Assembly: GCA_965220745.1 (NCBI GenBank)
Contig: CBDCQT010000013.1
Location: 800,001 to 864,000, forward strand
DNA from: Alphaproteobacteria bacterium
Lineage (GTDB): Bacteria; Pseudomonadota; Alphaproteobacteria; UBA828
Direction of reading: 5' to 3'
DNA: 64,000 nt
Notes under the pieces: model-generated
Seen by the model: only the letters and a program-made list of their open reading frames with translations
Database searches by the model: none
Told to the model about the DNA's origin: nothing
In this document: piece after piece, positions 52,401 through 62,808 of the stretch
How positions within the stretch are numbered: the first letter of the stretch is position 1
Layout of the letters: each line of letters begins with the position of its first letter
Position numbers and translations under genes: made by a program

Positions 52401-53411
52401 GCCCGCACCCACACTCCGCACGTCGACCGAGGAGAGCCCGAGGTTGTGGCCGGAGAAGAGGCCGCCCAGCCACGTCTCGCGGGTGTACTTGACTGCGCCG
52501 TCGCGCACCATGCTCACGTCGAATGTGGTGCCGCCGGCATCCACCACCAGCACGTCGCGCCCGAGCCCCTCGGCTTCCGCATAGGCGATGCCGGCGAGCG
52601 GCGCCATCGCCGGGCCCGACTTGACCATGAAGATCGGCCGGTCGGCGACGTCCTCCACGTGCATCAGGCCGCCGGAGACCGTGCTGACCAGGAGCTCGCC
52701 GGCGAACCCGGCGGCGCCGAGGTCGTCGCTGAGCGCGCGCAGATGGCGCTGCATCAGCGGCTTCAGCGATGCGTCGATGGCGGCCGAGGAGGCGCGCGGG
52801 TACTCGCGCAGGATCGGATTAAGCTGGTGCGAGAGCGTGTAGGGGACGCCCGGCATCGTCTCCTCGATCAAGGCGCCCAGCCGCTCCTCGTGCGTGGGGT
52901 TCTTGATCGACCAGAGCAGGCAGACCGCGACCGCCTCGACGCCCTGCCGGGCGAGCCGGGTCAGCACCGCGTGCGCCGCGTCCTCGTCGAGCGCCCGTTC
53001 CACCTCGCCTTCGGCCGTCACCCGCTCGGGGATATCGGCGGTGAGCCGGCGCGGCACGTAGGGCTTGAGCGGATCGATGTGGAGCTCGAAAGGGTGCAGC
53101 TTGCCGCCCTGGCGATAGACCAGAATGTCGGGAAAGCCCTCGGTCACCAGTATGGCGGTCTTTGCCGTACTGCCGGTGACGATGGCGTTGGTGGCCCAGG
53201 TCGTGCCGTAGATCAGCACGTCCGCCTCCCCGATCAAGGCTTCGACCGGGATGCCCATGGCCCGTGCCGCATCGGCGAGGCCCGCCTTGACCCCATCCGC
53301 GCTACGAGAGGGCGTAGACGGCGCCTTGCCGACGGTGAGCGTGCCGCCGGGTGCTGCGACGACGACATCGGTGAAGGTGCCGCCGGTATCGACGGCGATT
53401 CGATAGGGCAT
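49488..53411 (-). CDS. Fused hydantoinase A/B (5-oxoprolinase / N-methylhydantoinase family)
   Basis: VDTGGTFTD, SGPA, DAGGTTFD, GAGGGS, HNDPY..H..D, GGSGYGDP. Confidence 0.92.
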   Translation of the reverse strand: MPYRIAVDTGGTFTDVVVAAPGGTLTVGKAPSTPSRSADGVKAGLADAARAMGIPVEALIGEADVLIYGTTWATNAIVTGSTAKTAILVTEGFPDILVYRQGGKLHPFELHIDPLKPYVPRRLTADIPERVTAEGEVERALDEDAAHAVLTRLARQGVEAVAVCLLWSIKNPTHEERLGALIEETMPGVPYTLSHQLNPILREYPRASSAAIDASLKPLMQRHLRALSDDLGAAGFAGELLVSTVSGGLMHVEDVADRPIFMVKSGPAMAPLAGIAYAEAEGLGRDVLVVDAGGTTFDVSMVRDGAVKYTRETWLGGLFSGHNLGLSSVDVRSVGAGGGSIAWIDPGGLMRVGPESAGADPGPACYGRGGDAATVTDAAVVLGYIDPDAFLGGRMKLDVAAARRAVEALAEQLDMTVEETSAAILTLASETMIKAIEEITVNEGVNPRESVLVAGGGAAGLNILPIAAALGCEQVLLPKTAGALSACGAQYSDIVAEFSASHYVRTDHWDEAAVNDTLGDIDARMEAFADGLRARGIARFRKDHFVDARYLNQQWETEIAMPAPRFAGRGAVNALIGHFHEVHDRLYGVKEENGLLECLNWKGRLTAFLDRPQPAVAAEYTVRGGPPVPRRTTRAFFGEAGFLETPVYEGATLAAGDAIAGPAIIEEPTTTVVVYPRTRARVSPGGNYILEPAEETARAPAEGAEELDPVQVAIMANRIDAILREMTGVVMRTARSAVIGQSRDFSCAIVTADNELLAAAEGIPAHIYGAHLQTRTMCRVHPDFREGDAYLHNDPYDGNSHAADWSIIVPVFCDGEHLFNVTVKGHQADCGDSIPTTYTPRARDVYEEGALIFPCVRVQRDFRDNEDIVRMCRRRIRVPDQWYGDYLSQLGAARIGERRLKAFAAKHGVDQMRRFIEAWFDYAERRADHAIRRLPRGTLVNKGMHDPVQPFLPESLEITVKVGIDPDEGRITVDLRDNPDCIDAGLNLTEACATANCIQGVFENLESDIPPNAGSFRRLEVKLREGCVVGIPRFPHSCSLATTNMADVVVNLVQSAFTQLGDGHGLAQGNLCFSAGMGVVSGRDWRRGGAEYINQVYLMGGGGPALPEHDGMIYLLTPGGCGLLHRDSIEFDEQRFPMLIRSQRLLPDSGGAGRRRGGPATEVIFGPRRDQMTVSIMGGGTINPPRGVRGGSDANHAYHGHLHADGSEDSVPNGVMLALAPGEFVRSVDNGGSGYGDPLTREPGRVLEDVVEGYVTVDHAEAVYGVRLTGRAEEGTLAVDESGTAEHRAALAGGAVPPRSVNRFGQG

Positions 53412-53501
53412 GGCGGGGCTCCGCGGCGCGAACGAAGCGCGCATTCTACAGGCTCCGCCGTCACGCTGCCCGCGCGAGCGAGGCACACGATCAAAATTGG
53501 A

Positions 53502-53530
53502 GCGAGCGCCCGGCGCCTGAGGGAAATGAA
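53502..53530 (+). repeat. Third copy of the 29-bp motif, upstream of rph
   Basis: gcgagcgcccggcgcctgagggaaatgaa, 27/29 identical to 13872-13900. Confidence 0.7.
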
Positions 53531-53591
53531 TACTGTGGACGCTCTTAGGGCCCCGCGATAGTGTCGCGCCGCCAGCGGGGGAGGGCCCTTG

Positions 53592-54314
53592 ATGCGACCA
53601 TCCGGCCGCAGACAGGACGAAATGCGCGAGGTCAAGCTCGAGCCGGGCGTGAACAAGCACGCCGAGGGCTCCTGCCTGGTGCGCTTCGGCGACACGCACG
53701 TGCTGTGTACGGCGAGCGTGGAGGATCGCGTGCCGCCCTTCCTCCGAAACAAGGGGCGAGGCTGGGTCACCGGGGAATACGGCATGCTGCCGCGCTCCAC
53801 CGGCTCCCGCTCGGCGCGCGAGGCGGCGCGCGGGCGCCAGGGCGGGCGCACCCAGGAGATCCAGCGCTTGATCGGGCGCTCACTCCGCGCCGTGACCGAT
53901 ATGGAAGCACTGGGGGAGCGTCAGATCACCCTCGACTGCGACGTGATTCAAGCCGACGGTGGCACGCGCACCGCCGCCATCACCGGCGCCTACGTCGCGC
54001 TCCATACGGCGCTTGAAGGCCTTGTGGCGGGCGGTGCGATCGAGCGGCTGCCGCTCTCGGACCAGGTTGCCGCGGTGAGCTGCGGGATCGTCGGCGGGGA
54101 GGCGGTGCTAGACCTCGACTATGCCGAGGACAGCACGGCGGAGGCGGATGCGAACTTCGTGTTCACCGCCGGCGGCGGGATCGTAGAGGTGCAGGGCACG
54201 GCAGAGGGCGATCCCTTCAGCGAGGCGCAGCTGATCGCCATGCTGGGGCTCGCCCGCTCAGGAGCCGAGCGCCTGTTTGCCCTGCAGCGGGACGCCCTCG
54301 CCGGGGCGGGTTAG
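53592..54314 (+). CDS. rph: Ribonuclease PH
   Basis: [39 protein letters not shown]. Confidence 0.96.
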   Translation: MRPSGRRQDEMREVKLEPGVNKHAEGSCLVRFGDTHVLCTASVEDRVPPFLRNKGRGWVTGEYGMLPRSTGSRSAREAARGRQGGRTQEIQRLIGRSLRAVTDMEALGERQITLDCDVIQADGGTRTAAITGAYVALHTALEGLVAGGAIERLPLSDQVAAVSCGIVGGEAVLDLDYAEDSTAEADANFVFTAGGGIVEVQGTAEGDPFSEAQLIAMLGLARSGAERLFALQRDALAGAG

Positions 54315-54319
54315 ACGGC

Positions 54320-54934
54320 GTGGCCCGTCGTCTCACGGCGGCGCGTCTGATCGTCGCGAGCCATAACGCGGGCAAAGTCCGCGAGATTGCGGCGCTACTG
54401 GACCCCCTCGGCATCGAGGCGATGGGCGCCGCGGCGCTGGGTCTCGCGGAGCCGGAGGAGACCGGCGATACATTCATCGCCAACGCGGTGCTCAAGGCAC
54501 ATGCGGCGGCCGAGGCGAGCGGCGAGCCCGCGCTCGCCGACGATTCCGGTCTCGTAGTGCCCGCCCTCGACGGCGCCCCCGGCATCTATTCCGCCCGCTG
54601 GGCGGGGCCGGGGAAGGATTTTCGCGTGGCGATGGACCGTATCGAGACGGAGCTTGCGGCGCGGGGGGTCGAGACCGTCGGCACGGCGGCCTACTTCGTC
54701 TGCGCGCTTTCGCTGGGCTGGCCCGACGGTCATTTCGAGACCGTCGAGGGCCGCGTCGATGGGACACTCACCTTTCCGCCGCGCGGTCCGCATGGCTTCG
54801 GCTACGACCCCATCTTCGTCCCCGACGGCCACGGGCGCAGCTTCGGCGAGATGCCGCCGGAGGAGAAGCAGCCGCTGACCCATCGGGCGCGGGCCTTCGA
54901 GCAACTGGCGGCCTTCCTGCCGCCCCGGCCGTGA
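54320..54934 (+). CDS. rdgB: dITP/XTP pyrophosphatase
   Basis: [31 protein letters not shown]. Confidence 0.95.
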   Translation: MARRLTAARLIVASHNAGKVREIAALLDPLGIEAMGAAALGLAEPEETGDTFIANAVLKAHAAAEASGEPALADDSGLVVPALDGAPGIYSARWAGPGKDFRVAMDRIETELAARGVETVGTAAYFVCALSLGWPDGHFETVEGRVDGTLTFPPRGPHGFGYDPIFVPDGHGRSFGEMPPEEKQPLTHRARAFEQLAAFLPPRP

Positions 54935-56118
54935 GCGGCGAACCCGAACCCACCTCCACCGGCGCGCCCCCGGCGTTGGCCCTCTATGTCCACTGGCCAT
55001 TCTGCCTCTCCAAGTGCCCCTATTGCGACTTCAACAGCCACGTCAGGGAGAACGTGGATCAGGCCAGGTGGCGGGACGCGCTACTCCGCGAGCTCGACCA
55101 TTTTTCGGCGCTGCTGCCGCGGGCGACGATCACCAGCATTTTCTTCGGTGGAGGCACGCCCTCGCTGATGCCGCCGGAGACTGCTGCGGCCGTCATCGAG
55201 CGGGCGGGGACGCGGTGGGGGCTTGCGGCGGATGCGGAGATCACCCTCGAAGCCAATCCGACCTCGACCGAGGCGGCGCGGCTCGAAGACTTCCGCACGG
55301 CCGGCATCAACCGGGTCTCGCTCGGCGTCCAGGCGCTCGACGACGACGCTCTCGAATTCCTTGGTCGCGGACACGACGCGGCGGAGGCGCGGCAAGCGGT
55401 GGCGCTGGCGCAACGCATCATGCCGCGCAGCTCCTTCGACCTGATCTACGCGAGGCCGGGCCAGGCGGTCGAGGCTTGGCGCAAAGAGCTGAGCGAGGCG
55501 ATGTCGTTCGCCGACAACCACCTCTCGCTCTACCAGCTCACCATCGAGAAAGGCACGCCCTTCTGGCGACAGGAGCGCGACGGTGCGTTCGCGGTGCCCG
55601 ACGACGATACCGGCCGCGCTCTGTACGACTTGACCCAAGAGATCATGGAGGCCGCCGGCTTCGCGGCCTACGAGGTCTCGAACCATGCGCGCGGCGGCAA
55701 TGCCTGCCGCCACAACCTCGCCTACTGGCGCTACGACGACTACGTGGGCATCGGGCCCGGCGCCCACGGTCGCATCCGGCCGGAGCGCAAGGGGCGGCTC
55801 GCGACGCGTCAGCATGCTCGCCCTGAATCCTGGCTTGCCGCCGTCGAGCGCGCGGGCCACGGCACCGCCGAGACGCGCTCCCTCGACCCCGATGAACAGG
55901 CGCGCGAGATGTTGATGATGGGACTCAGGCTTGCAGAAGGGGTATCGGATGCGCGCCTGAAGGAGCGCGCCGGCTGCGACCCCGACCGGGTAATCGACCG
56001 CGGTGGCCTCACACGCCTCGTCGAGGCCGGCTATCTGGAGCGACGGGACGGGCGGCTCCGCGCCACCGCCGCCGGCCGGCCGCTGCTCAACAGCCTGCTG
56101 GTCGAGTTGCTTGTGTAG
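54931..56118 (+). CDS. hemW: Radical SAM heme chaperone HemW
   Basis: [33 protein letters not shown]. Confidence 0.94.
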   Translation: MSGEPEPTSTGAPPALALYVHWPFCLSKCPYCDFNSHVRENVDQARWRDALLRELDHFSALLPRATITSIFFGGGTPSLMPPETAAAVIERAGTRWGLAADAEITLEANPTSTEAARLEDFRTAGINRVSLGVQALDDDALEFLGRGHDAAEARQAVALAQRIMPRSSFDLIYARPGQAVEAWRKELSEAMSFADNHLSLYQLTIEKGTPFWRQERDGAFAVPDDDTGRALYDLTQEIMEAAGFAAYEVSNHARGGNACRHNLAYWRYDDYVGIGPGAHGRIRPERKGRLATRQHARPESWLAAVERAGHGTAETRSLDPDEQAREMLMMGLRLAEGVSDARLKERAGCDPDRVIDRGGLTRLVEAGYLERRDGRLRATAAGRPLLNSLLVELLV

Positions 56119-56146
56119 TAGCCGGCGATCGCTCCGGGTCCGCGTG

Positions 56147-56836
56147 CTACGACGGGCTCTGCGGGCCTCCCGCCCGCATGGGGTCCGCTGCGGCGCGGGC
56201 GGCCTCGCGCAGGCGCCGCAATAGCCCGAAGCCGGGTGGGCGGAAGCGGGCGAACTGCCCCCGCGCCGTTTGGATGCGCATGACGTCGGCAATGCGGCGG
56301 TCGAGGAAGCCCCAGGTCGCTTGCGTATCCTCGGAGCCGTCGTTCAGCCAGTAGAGCAGGGTGGAGAGGTAGACGCCGGCGAGCAGGGCGCGCTTGGTGT
56401 AGAAGCCGAAATCCGTCGATTTGTCGCCGACTGCGAACCAGACCGTGTCCACGGTGCGGTAAAGGGACGAGAGCGCGTGCGGGCCATTGGCGGGCTGGGC
56501 CAGGATCGGCAACGCCGCGCGGATCGCCTCGCGGTGTGCCATGTTCTGCTCGAGCCTGAGACGCACGGCATGGACGATGCGCTCCCGCAGCCGCATCTCC
56601 GCCAAATCGGACTCTTTCAGTGCCTCTTCCATGCGCCGGTCGGCGTAGGCCGCGTGATAGGTGACGAGCGCTACGGCCCCGCCGGGAAAGGCCTGGTGCG
56701 CCTCCTCGGTCTCGATACCGAGCTCCGCTGCTGCCGCAGCCAGCGCCTTCTCGGACCAGCCGTCGAAGGGCACGTGGGGGAGCGCTGCAGTCAGCAGCCG
56801 GTCGCGGGTCTCGTCCCCAGGCAGCGCCCGCCACAT
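56147..56836 (-). CDS. COQ9 family ubiquinone biosynthesis protein
   Basis: HVPFDGWS, GDKSTDFGFYTKR, FLDRRIADVM. Confidence 0.92.
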   Translation of the reverse strand: MWRALPGDETRDRLLTAALPHVPFDGWSEKALAAAAAELGIETEEAHQAFPGGAVALVTYHAAYADRRMEEALKESDLAEMRLRERIVHAVRLRLEQNMAHREAIRAALPILAQPANGPHALSSLYRTVDTVWFAVGDKSTDFGFYTKRALLAGVYLSTLLYWLNDGSEDTQATWGFLDRRIADVMRIQTARGQFARFRPPGFGLLRRLREAARAAADPMRAGGPQSPS

Positions 56837-56839
56837 GGC

Positions 56840-57403
56840 TCAGGCCTCCACGGCCGCCGGGCGGCCGAGCTCGCTCGTGAAGCTGAGGGTCGAGAGGTCG
56901 GTCATCCGCATCGGATAAAGGATACCGTCCAGGTGGTCGCACTCATGCTGCACCACGCGCGCGTGGAAGCCCCGCGCCTCGCATTCGTGCTTTCGGCCTT
57001 CGGTGTCCGTCCAGCGATAGAGAATGTGGTCGTGGCGCGGCACGATGCCGGCGAGGCCGGGGAGGGAGAGACACGCTTCCAGGTCCTCCACCATGCGCTC
57101 GCCGATCGGCTCGATTGCGGGGTTGATGAGAACCGTAGGCGACTCCAGCTCCGACGAAGGCGCGGGCTCGCCGTCCGCGCTCTCTTCCCCCGCCGTCTCG
57201 CGGCCGGGCGGCACGCGGAAGAGCACGAGTCGCAGCGGCATGTGCACCTGGGGCGCCGCGAGGCCGGCTCCGTCCGCGTCCTCCAACGTCTCCATCATGT
57301 CCTCGATCAGTCGCGCGATCGCCGGTGCGGTCTGGTCGGCCACCGGCAACGCGGCGCGGCTCAGCACGGGATGGCCCATCCGCGCGATCTTGAGTATCGC
57401 CAT
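56840..57403 (-). CDS. def: Peptide deformylase
   Basis: GAGLAAPQ, EACLS, QHECDHLDG. Confidence 0.94.
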   Translation of the reverse strand: MAILKIARMGHPVLSRAALPVADQTAPAIARLIEDMMETLEDADGAGLAAPQVHMPLRLVLFRVPPGRETAGEESADGEPAPSSELESPTVLINPAIEPIGERMVEDLEACLSLPGLAGIVPRHDHILYRWTDTEGRKHECEARGFHARVVQHECDHLDGILYPMRMTDLSTLSFTSELGRPAAVEA

Positions 57404-57588
57404 GCTCTCTATATGGCCTGCGCCGGGCCCGCCGTAAACTGCTTGGTGCCCGAGTGTCGAAGGAGGGCGCGAAGCACGTTGGGCAGTCGGTGTCGAAATC
57501 GTGATTCGAACCAGCGGGGAGAGGTACTGGCGGCCGGGCATCATTTTGGTTATGCTGCGCCGCCGTCGCCCATAAGCTTCCAGAGGCC

Positions 57589-58125
57589 ATGAACCGACGC
57601 ATCGCCGCGACGCTGGCGCTCCTGTTTTCCGCCGTTCTGTGTGTTTCACTGCTCGCCGGCCCCCAGGGGGCGGACGCGCAGGTGAAGCCTGAGCCCTTGG
57701 CCGAGAACGCAAATTGGAAGGCGCACAGCTACGTCCGGAACGGCAATAAAGTCTGCTACATGCATGCCAAACCGGCGAAGTCCAAGGGCAATTACAAGCG
57801 GCGCGGCGCGCCCAACGTCATGGTGACCCGCCGCCAGGCGGCGAGGACGACCGAGGAAGTCAGCGTAACCTCGGGCTATCCCTATCCGGAGGGAAAGGTC
57901 GTGAAGGTGACCATCGACGGCCGCCAATTCAGCTTCGATCTCACCCACGGAGAGCACGCCTGGGTGAGTGACGAAGAGGCGGACGCCACGGTCGTCAAGG
58001 CTATGATACGCGGCCGCGAGATGAAGGTGCGCGGGGTGTCGCTCAAGAACACCTTTTCCGAAGACAGCTACTCCCTGATCGGCTTTACCAAGATCCACGA
58101 CGCCATCGTCAGGGCGTGCCCGTAG
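57589..58125 (+). CDS. Invasion-associated locus B (IalB) family protein
   Basis: Signal peptide; [20 protein letters not shown], terminal C; upstream of rlmN. Confidence 0.85.
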   Translation: MNRRIAATLALLFSAVLCVSLLAGPQGADAQVKPEPLAENANWKAHSYVRNGNKVCYMHAKPAKSKGNYKRRGAPNVMVTRRQAARTTEEVSVTSGYPYPEGKVVKVTIDGRQFSFDLTHGEHAWVSDEEADATVVKAMIRGREMKVRGVSLKNTFSEDSYSLIGFTKIHDAIVRACP

Positions 58126-58157
58126 CGGACAGTTCCGCCGCGGGCTCCGGGCCCGTT

Positions 58158-59312
58158 ATGGACGACCACTCAACGAACGAACCGAGCGCTTCGGCGAACG
58201 AGCGCGAGAGCCTGATCGGCCTCACGCGCGACGAATTGGCTGAACGACTGCAGGCCGTGGGCGTGCCGGAAGGCCGCTTGCGCATGCGGGCCAAGCAGCT
58301 CTGGCACTGGGTATACCACCGGGGCGCCGTCGAGTTCGGCGCGATGACCACGATCAGCGGCGCGCTGCGCGCTGTGCTCGCCGAGCGCTATAGCCTGGCG
58401 CGCCCTGAGGTGGCGACGGAGCAACGCGCGTCGGACGGCACGCGGAAGTGGCTGCTGCGCTTCGCCGACGGCCGCGAAGTGGAGACCGTCTACATCCCGG
58501 AGGAGGATCGCGGCGCGCTCTGCATCTCCTCCCAGGTGGGATGCACGCTGTCGTGTACCTTCTGCCACACCGGCACCCAGCGCATGGTGCGTAATCTGGA
58601 AGCCGGCGAGATCGTCGCGCAGTTCCTCACGGCCCGCGATGCCTACGGCGAATGGCCATCGCCGCGCGGCCCGCGCCTGCTGTCCAACATCGTGATGATG
58701 GGCATGGGCGAGCCCCTGTTCAATTACAACAACGTCGCCAAGGCGCTGCGCATCGTCATGGACCCCGAGGGGATCGCGCTCTCGCGCCGGCGAATCACGC
58801 TCTCCACCGCCGGCGTGGTGCCGATGATCGAGCGCTGCGGCGCCGAGCTCGGCGTCGGCCTCGCGGTCTCGCTTCATGCCGTTCGCGACGACTTGCGCGA
58901 CGAGCTGGTCCCGATCAACCGCAAGTATCCGATTGCGGTGCTGCTCGACGCCTGCCGCCGCTACCCCGGCGCCAGCAACGCGCGGCGCATCACCTTCGAG
59001 TACGTGATGCTGAAGGGCGTGAACGATTCCGAGGCCGAAGCCCGCGACCTGGTGCGCCTGATCGCCGGCATTCCCGCCAAGCTGAACCTGATCCCCTTCA
59101 ATCCCTGGCCGGGCGCGCCCTACGAGTGCTCGTCGCCGGAGGCCATCGAGAGGTTCGCCGGGATCGTCAACCGGGCGGGCTACGCCGCTCCGGTACGCGC
59201 ACCGCGCGGCCGCGACATTCAGGCAGCCTGCGGCCAGCTCAAGTCGGCGAGCGTGCCGCGCCCGCGGCGGCGGGGAGCCGACTCCGGAATAGTGAGCGCG
59301 CCGGCGGCTTGA
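58158..59312 (+). CDS. rlmN: 23S rRNA/tRNA m2A methyltransferase RlmN
   Basis: [36 protein letters not shown]. Confidence 0.96.
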   Translation: MDDHSTNEPSASANERESLIGLTRDELAERLQAVGVPEGRLRMRAKQLWHWVYHRGAVEFGAMTTISGALRAVLAERYSLARPEVATEQRASDGTRKWLLRFADGREVETVYIPEEDRGALCISSQVGCTLSCTFCHTGTQRMVRNLEAGEIVAQFLTARDAYGEWPSPRGPRLLSNIVMMGMGEPLFNYNNVAKALRIVMDPEGIALSRRRITLSTAGVVPMIERCGAELGVGLAVSLHAVRDDLRDELVPINRKYPIAVLLDACRRYPGASNARRITFEYVMLKGVNDSEAEARDLVRLIAGIPAKLNLIPFNPWPGAPYECSSPEAIERFAGIVNRAGYAAPVRAPRGRDIQAACGQLKSASVPRPRRRGADSGIVSAPAA

Positions 59313-59333
59313 TCCCGGTGTCCGCGGTGATCC

Positions 59334-61433
59334 TCATGCGACCCGGTCCAAGTCGGCGAAGCTCCTGCCTTCCGCGGCAAGCCGGCCGAGCAGCGGCGCC
59401 GGCTCCCAGTAGTCCTGGCTCTGGTTGAAGCCCGTGATGGTGGCGTGAATGGCGTCGAGGCCAACGTGGTCGGCCCAGTGCATTACGCCGCCCCGCCAGC
59501 GGGGGAAGCCGTAGCCGTTGATCCACACGATGTCGATGTCGCTGCTGCGGAGCGCGATGCCGTCATCGAGCACGCGCGCGCCTTCGTTCACCAGGTGGTA
59601 GAGGCAGCGCTCCACGATCTCGTCTGCGCCAATGGTGCGGCGCGCGATGCCGCTCTCCGCCGCGACTTCGGCGATCAGCGCATCCACCTCGGGGTCCGGT
59701 ATCGGCGTGCGGCTGCCGGGCTCATAGCGGTAGTAGCCGGCGCCGGTCTTCTGGCCGAATCGGCCGCGCTCGCACAACCGGTCGGCCACCGCCGAGTAGC
59801 GCTTGGAGGGATCGCGCAGGTGCGCGTCCGCCTTGCGCTTGCGCCAGCTCACGTCGAGGCCGGCGAGGTCGGCGACGGCGCAGGGTCCCATCGCCATGCC
59901 GAAGCCGGTGAGCGCGGCGTCGATTTCGGTCGGGCTCGCGCCTTCCTCCAGCAGGAAGCGCACCTGTCGGGTGTAGCCTTCCAGCATGCGGTTGCCGATG
60001 AAGCCGTGGCAGACGCCGGCCACGACCGCAATTTTGCCGAGCCGCTGGCTGAGCGCGAGCACCGTTGCCAGCGTCTCAGGCGAGGCCGAATCGGTGCGCA
60101 CCACCTCCAGGAGCCGCATCACCTGCGCTGGGCTGAAGAAGTGCATGCCGAGCACATTGCCCTTGCGGCGGGGCACGATGTCCGCCAGGTGGTTGACGTC
60201 GAGATAGGAGGTGTTGGAGGCGATGATCGCGCCCTCGTCGCACGCCGAATCGAGGGCGCGGAACACGTCCTCCTTCAGCGGCATCTCCTCGAACACTGCC
60301 TCGATGACGAGGTCGGCGCCCGCGACGCCGTCCATGGTCTCGATCGGCTTGATCAGTTTGATACGGGCCTCGGCGTCCGCTTCGCCTAGCCGCCCGCGCG
60401 AGACTCGACGCTCGTAATCGCTGCGGATCGCGGCCAGCGCGCGTTCGAGGGCCTCGGAGTCGGAATCCATCAGGCGCACCGGGATCCCGGCGTTGGCGAA
60501 GCAAGTGGCGATGCCTCTGCCCATGGTGCCGGCCCCGATGATGGCGGCTTGCTCGACCGCGCGGGCCGGCGTGTCCTTGCCGATACCCGGCACCTTGCGC
60601 ACGGCACGCTCGGCGAAGAACACGTGGCGCAGCGCCGCCGATTCCGGCGAGGCCATGCATTCCTCGAAGGTCTCCCGCTCCTTGCGGACCCCCTCGTCGA
60701 AGGGGAGCGTCAGCGCCGCCTCGACGCACTCCAGGCATGCGATCGGGGCCCGCTGGCCGCGTGCCCGCCGTTCAAGGCGCTTGCGCGTGGCCGCGAAGAC
60801 ATCCGGGTCCTTCAACACCGGCTCTCGCTCGCGGGCGAGCGAATGCGGCGGCCCGGCGGCGATGCGCTCCGCCGCGAAGGCGAGCGCGCCTTCCAGCAGG
60901 TCTCCGTCGATCACTCGGTCGATGATCCCGTACTCGGCGGCTTCCGTCGCGGCGACGTGTGTGCCGTCGACGATCATGGCGAGCGCCTTCTCCACGCCTG
61001 AGAGCCGGGGCAGGCGCTGGGTGCCGCCCGCGCCGGGCGGGAAGCCGAGCAAGACTTCCGGTTGGCCGACCTCGGTCTTCCGGCTGGCCACCCGGTAGTG
61101 GCAGGAAAGCGCCAACTCGAGCCCGCCGCCCAGACAATAACCGTTGAGAGCGACGACCACCGGTTTGGCAGAGCGCTCGATCGCCGGGATCAGGTCGCGC
61201 AGAGTGGGTTCCCCCTCGGGCCACGGCTTGCCGAACGAGCGAATGTCGGCGCCAGCGAGCCCGCCCTTGCCCGCGCAGCGCAGCACCACCGCCTCGACCG
61301 CGCTGTCGGCCTGCGCTTCCGCCAGTCGCTCCAGGATCGCGCCCGGTATGCCGGGGCTCATCGCGTTCACCGGCGGGTTGTCGATGGTGATGATGCCGAC
61401 CGCGCCCTCGCGCTCCAAGCTCGCGCCGCTCAT
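59334..61433 (-). CDS. Enoyl-CoA hydratase / 3-hydroxyacyl-CoA dehydrogenase
   Basis: DNPPVNA, GGGLELA, GAGGTQRLPR, GAGTMG, EAVFE, SNTS, HFFSP. Confidence 0.94.
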   Translation of the reverse strand: MSGASLEREGAVGIITIDNPPVNAMSPGIPGAILERLAEAQADSAVEAVVLRCAGKGGLAGADIRSFGKPWPEGEPTLRDLIPAIERSAKPVVVALNGYCLGGGLELALSCHYRVASRKTEVGQPEVLLGFPPGAGGTQRLPRLSGVEKALAMIVDGTHVAATEAAEYGIIDRVIDGDLLEGALAFAAERIAAGPPHSLAREREPVLKDPDVFAATRKRLERRARGQRAPIACLECVEAALTLPFDEGVRKERETFEECMASPESAALRHVFFAERAVRKVPGIGKDTPARAVEQAAIIGAGTMGRGIATCFANAGIPVRLMDSDSEALERALAAIRSDYERRVSRGRLGEADAEARIKLIKPIETMDGVAGADLVIEAVFEEMPLKEDVFRALDSACDEGAIIASNTSYLDVNHLADIVPRRKGNVLGMHFFSPAQVMRLLEVVRTDSASPETLATVLALSQRLGKIAVVAGVCHGFIGNRMLEGYTRQVRFLLEEGASPTEIDAALTGFGMAMGPCAVADLAGLDVSWRKRKADAHLRDPSKRYSAVADRLCERGRFGQKTGAGYYRYEPGSRTPIPDPEVDALIAEVAAESGIARRTIGADEIVERCLYHLVNEGARVLDDGIALRSSDIDIVWINGYGFPRWRGGVMHWADHVGLDAIHATITGFNQSQDYWEPAPLLGRLAAEGRSFADLDRVA

Positions 61434-61454
61434 TCTTCGCGTTCCTTTGTCCTT

Positions 61455-61530
61455 AGTGGAGAAGCTGTCGATAAGCTGTGGATAACGTTGTGAATTTCCT
61501 GTGGATAACCGTTGGAAAACCTGTGAGCGG
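61455..61530. promoter_or_regulatory. Array of co-oriented DnaA boxes
   Basis: Perfect TGTGGATAA at 61477 and 61500; variants at 61455, 61466, 61489, 61511, 61522. Confidence 0.75.
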
Positions 61531-61532
61531 CG

Positions 61533-62702
61533 TCAGGCCGTGCACACCTCGTCGAGCAGGCGGCGCATGAAGGCCTCGCAGGCGCGGACCTCGCTCAGCT
61601 CGATGTACTCGTTGGGCTGGTGCGCCTGGCGGATGCTGCCGGGCCCGCAGATCACGGTCGGAATCCCGGCTTCCTGGAACTGCCCAGCCTCCGTGCCGTA
61701 GGCCACCACCTCGGTGTGATTGGTGCGCGCCAGCGCCATCACGATCGCCTCCGCCGGCGAGCCGTCCTCCGGCACCAGGCCCGGCACGACGGCGCGGGCC
61801 TTCGTGGAGATTCCGGTCGCGGGATCGACCGCACGCATGCGCGGCAGCACGGTCTCCTCGGCGAAACGCTCGAAGCGGTTGCGTATCTCGTCAGGGTCCG
61901 CCCCCGGTACCAGCCGGTATTCCCAGGTGAACTTGCAGTCGAGCGGCACGATATTCTGGGCCGTTCCGCCCTGGATCGTGCCGACATGGACCGTCGTGTA
62001 CGGCGGGTCGAAGCCGCTCTCGGGCTCGGCACGTGCGGCCATCTCGTCGGCAATTTCGGTCAGGAAGTGGACCAACGTCGCGGCGTACTGCACCGCGTTC
62101 ACGCCGAGATGGGTGGCGCTGGAATGGACCTCCAGCCCGCGCACGCGGGTTTCGAAGCTGTAGACACCCTTGTGGGCGTTCACCACCGCCATGTTCGTGG
62201 GCTCGCCCACAATCACGATATGCGGCTTGACGCCCAGCTCGCGGCCAAGCCGGTCGATCATCAGCGGCGCGCCTAAGCAGCCGACCTCCTCGTCGAAGGA
62301 GAGCGCGAAATGAATGGGAGTCTTGAGCGGACGGGCGAGGAACTCCGGCACGAGGGCGAGCGCAATCGCGCTGAAGCTCTTCATGTCCGACGTGCCGCGG
62401 CCGTAGAGCCGGCCGTCTTTCTCTACGACACTGAACGGGTCCGTATCCCAGGGCTGGCCGTCCACCGGTACCACGTCGGTGTGGCCCGAGAGTGCTATTC
62501 CCGGCACATCGCTGGGGCCGACCGTGGCGTAAAGATTCGCCTTGTTTCCCGTTTCGTCGTGAATAAGTGTAGAATCAATGCCGTGTGAGGCGAGATAGTC
62601 GCGCACGAAGTGGATCAACGCGAGGTTCGACTCGCGACTAGTCGTGTCGAAAGACACGAGTCGCTCGATCATTTCGATGGGATCGTAATGAGTGCCGGAC
62701 AT
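61533..62702 (-). CDS. argE: Acetylornithine deacetylase
   Basis: SGHTDVVP, GRGTSDMK, FDEEVGC, GEPT, YGTEAG, AHQPNE. Confidence 0.94.
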   Translation of the reverse strand: MSGTHYDPIEMIERLVSFDTTSRESNLALIHFVRDYLASHGIDSTLIHDETGNKANLYATVGPSDVPGIALSGHTDVVPVDGQPWDTDPFSVVEKDGRLYGRGTSDMKSFSAIALALVPEFLARPLKTPIHFALSFDEEVGCLGAPLMIDRLGRELGVKPHIVIVGEPTNMAVVNAHKGVYSFETRVRGLEVHSSATHLGVNAVQYAATLVHFLTEIADEMAARAEPESGFDPPYTTVHVGTIQGGTAQNIVPLDCKFTWEYRLVPGADPDEIRNRFERFAEETVLPRMRAVDPATGISTKARAVVPGLVPEDGSPAEAIVMALARTNHTEVVAYGTEAGQFQEAGIPTVICGPGSIRQAHQPNEYIELSEVRACEAFMRRLLDEVCTA

Positions 62703-62808
62703 TCGCGTCACCATCCGTGTGGCGGGCGGGGATTGTCGCCGCGGCATGGCGGCGGCACAAGGCCGCCCACCACAGGTTGCCGAGTAGGGGAGTAAGGGGA
62801 GGCCGCAG

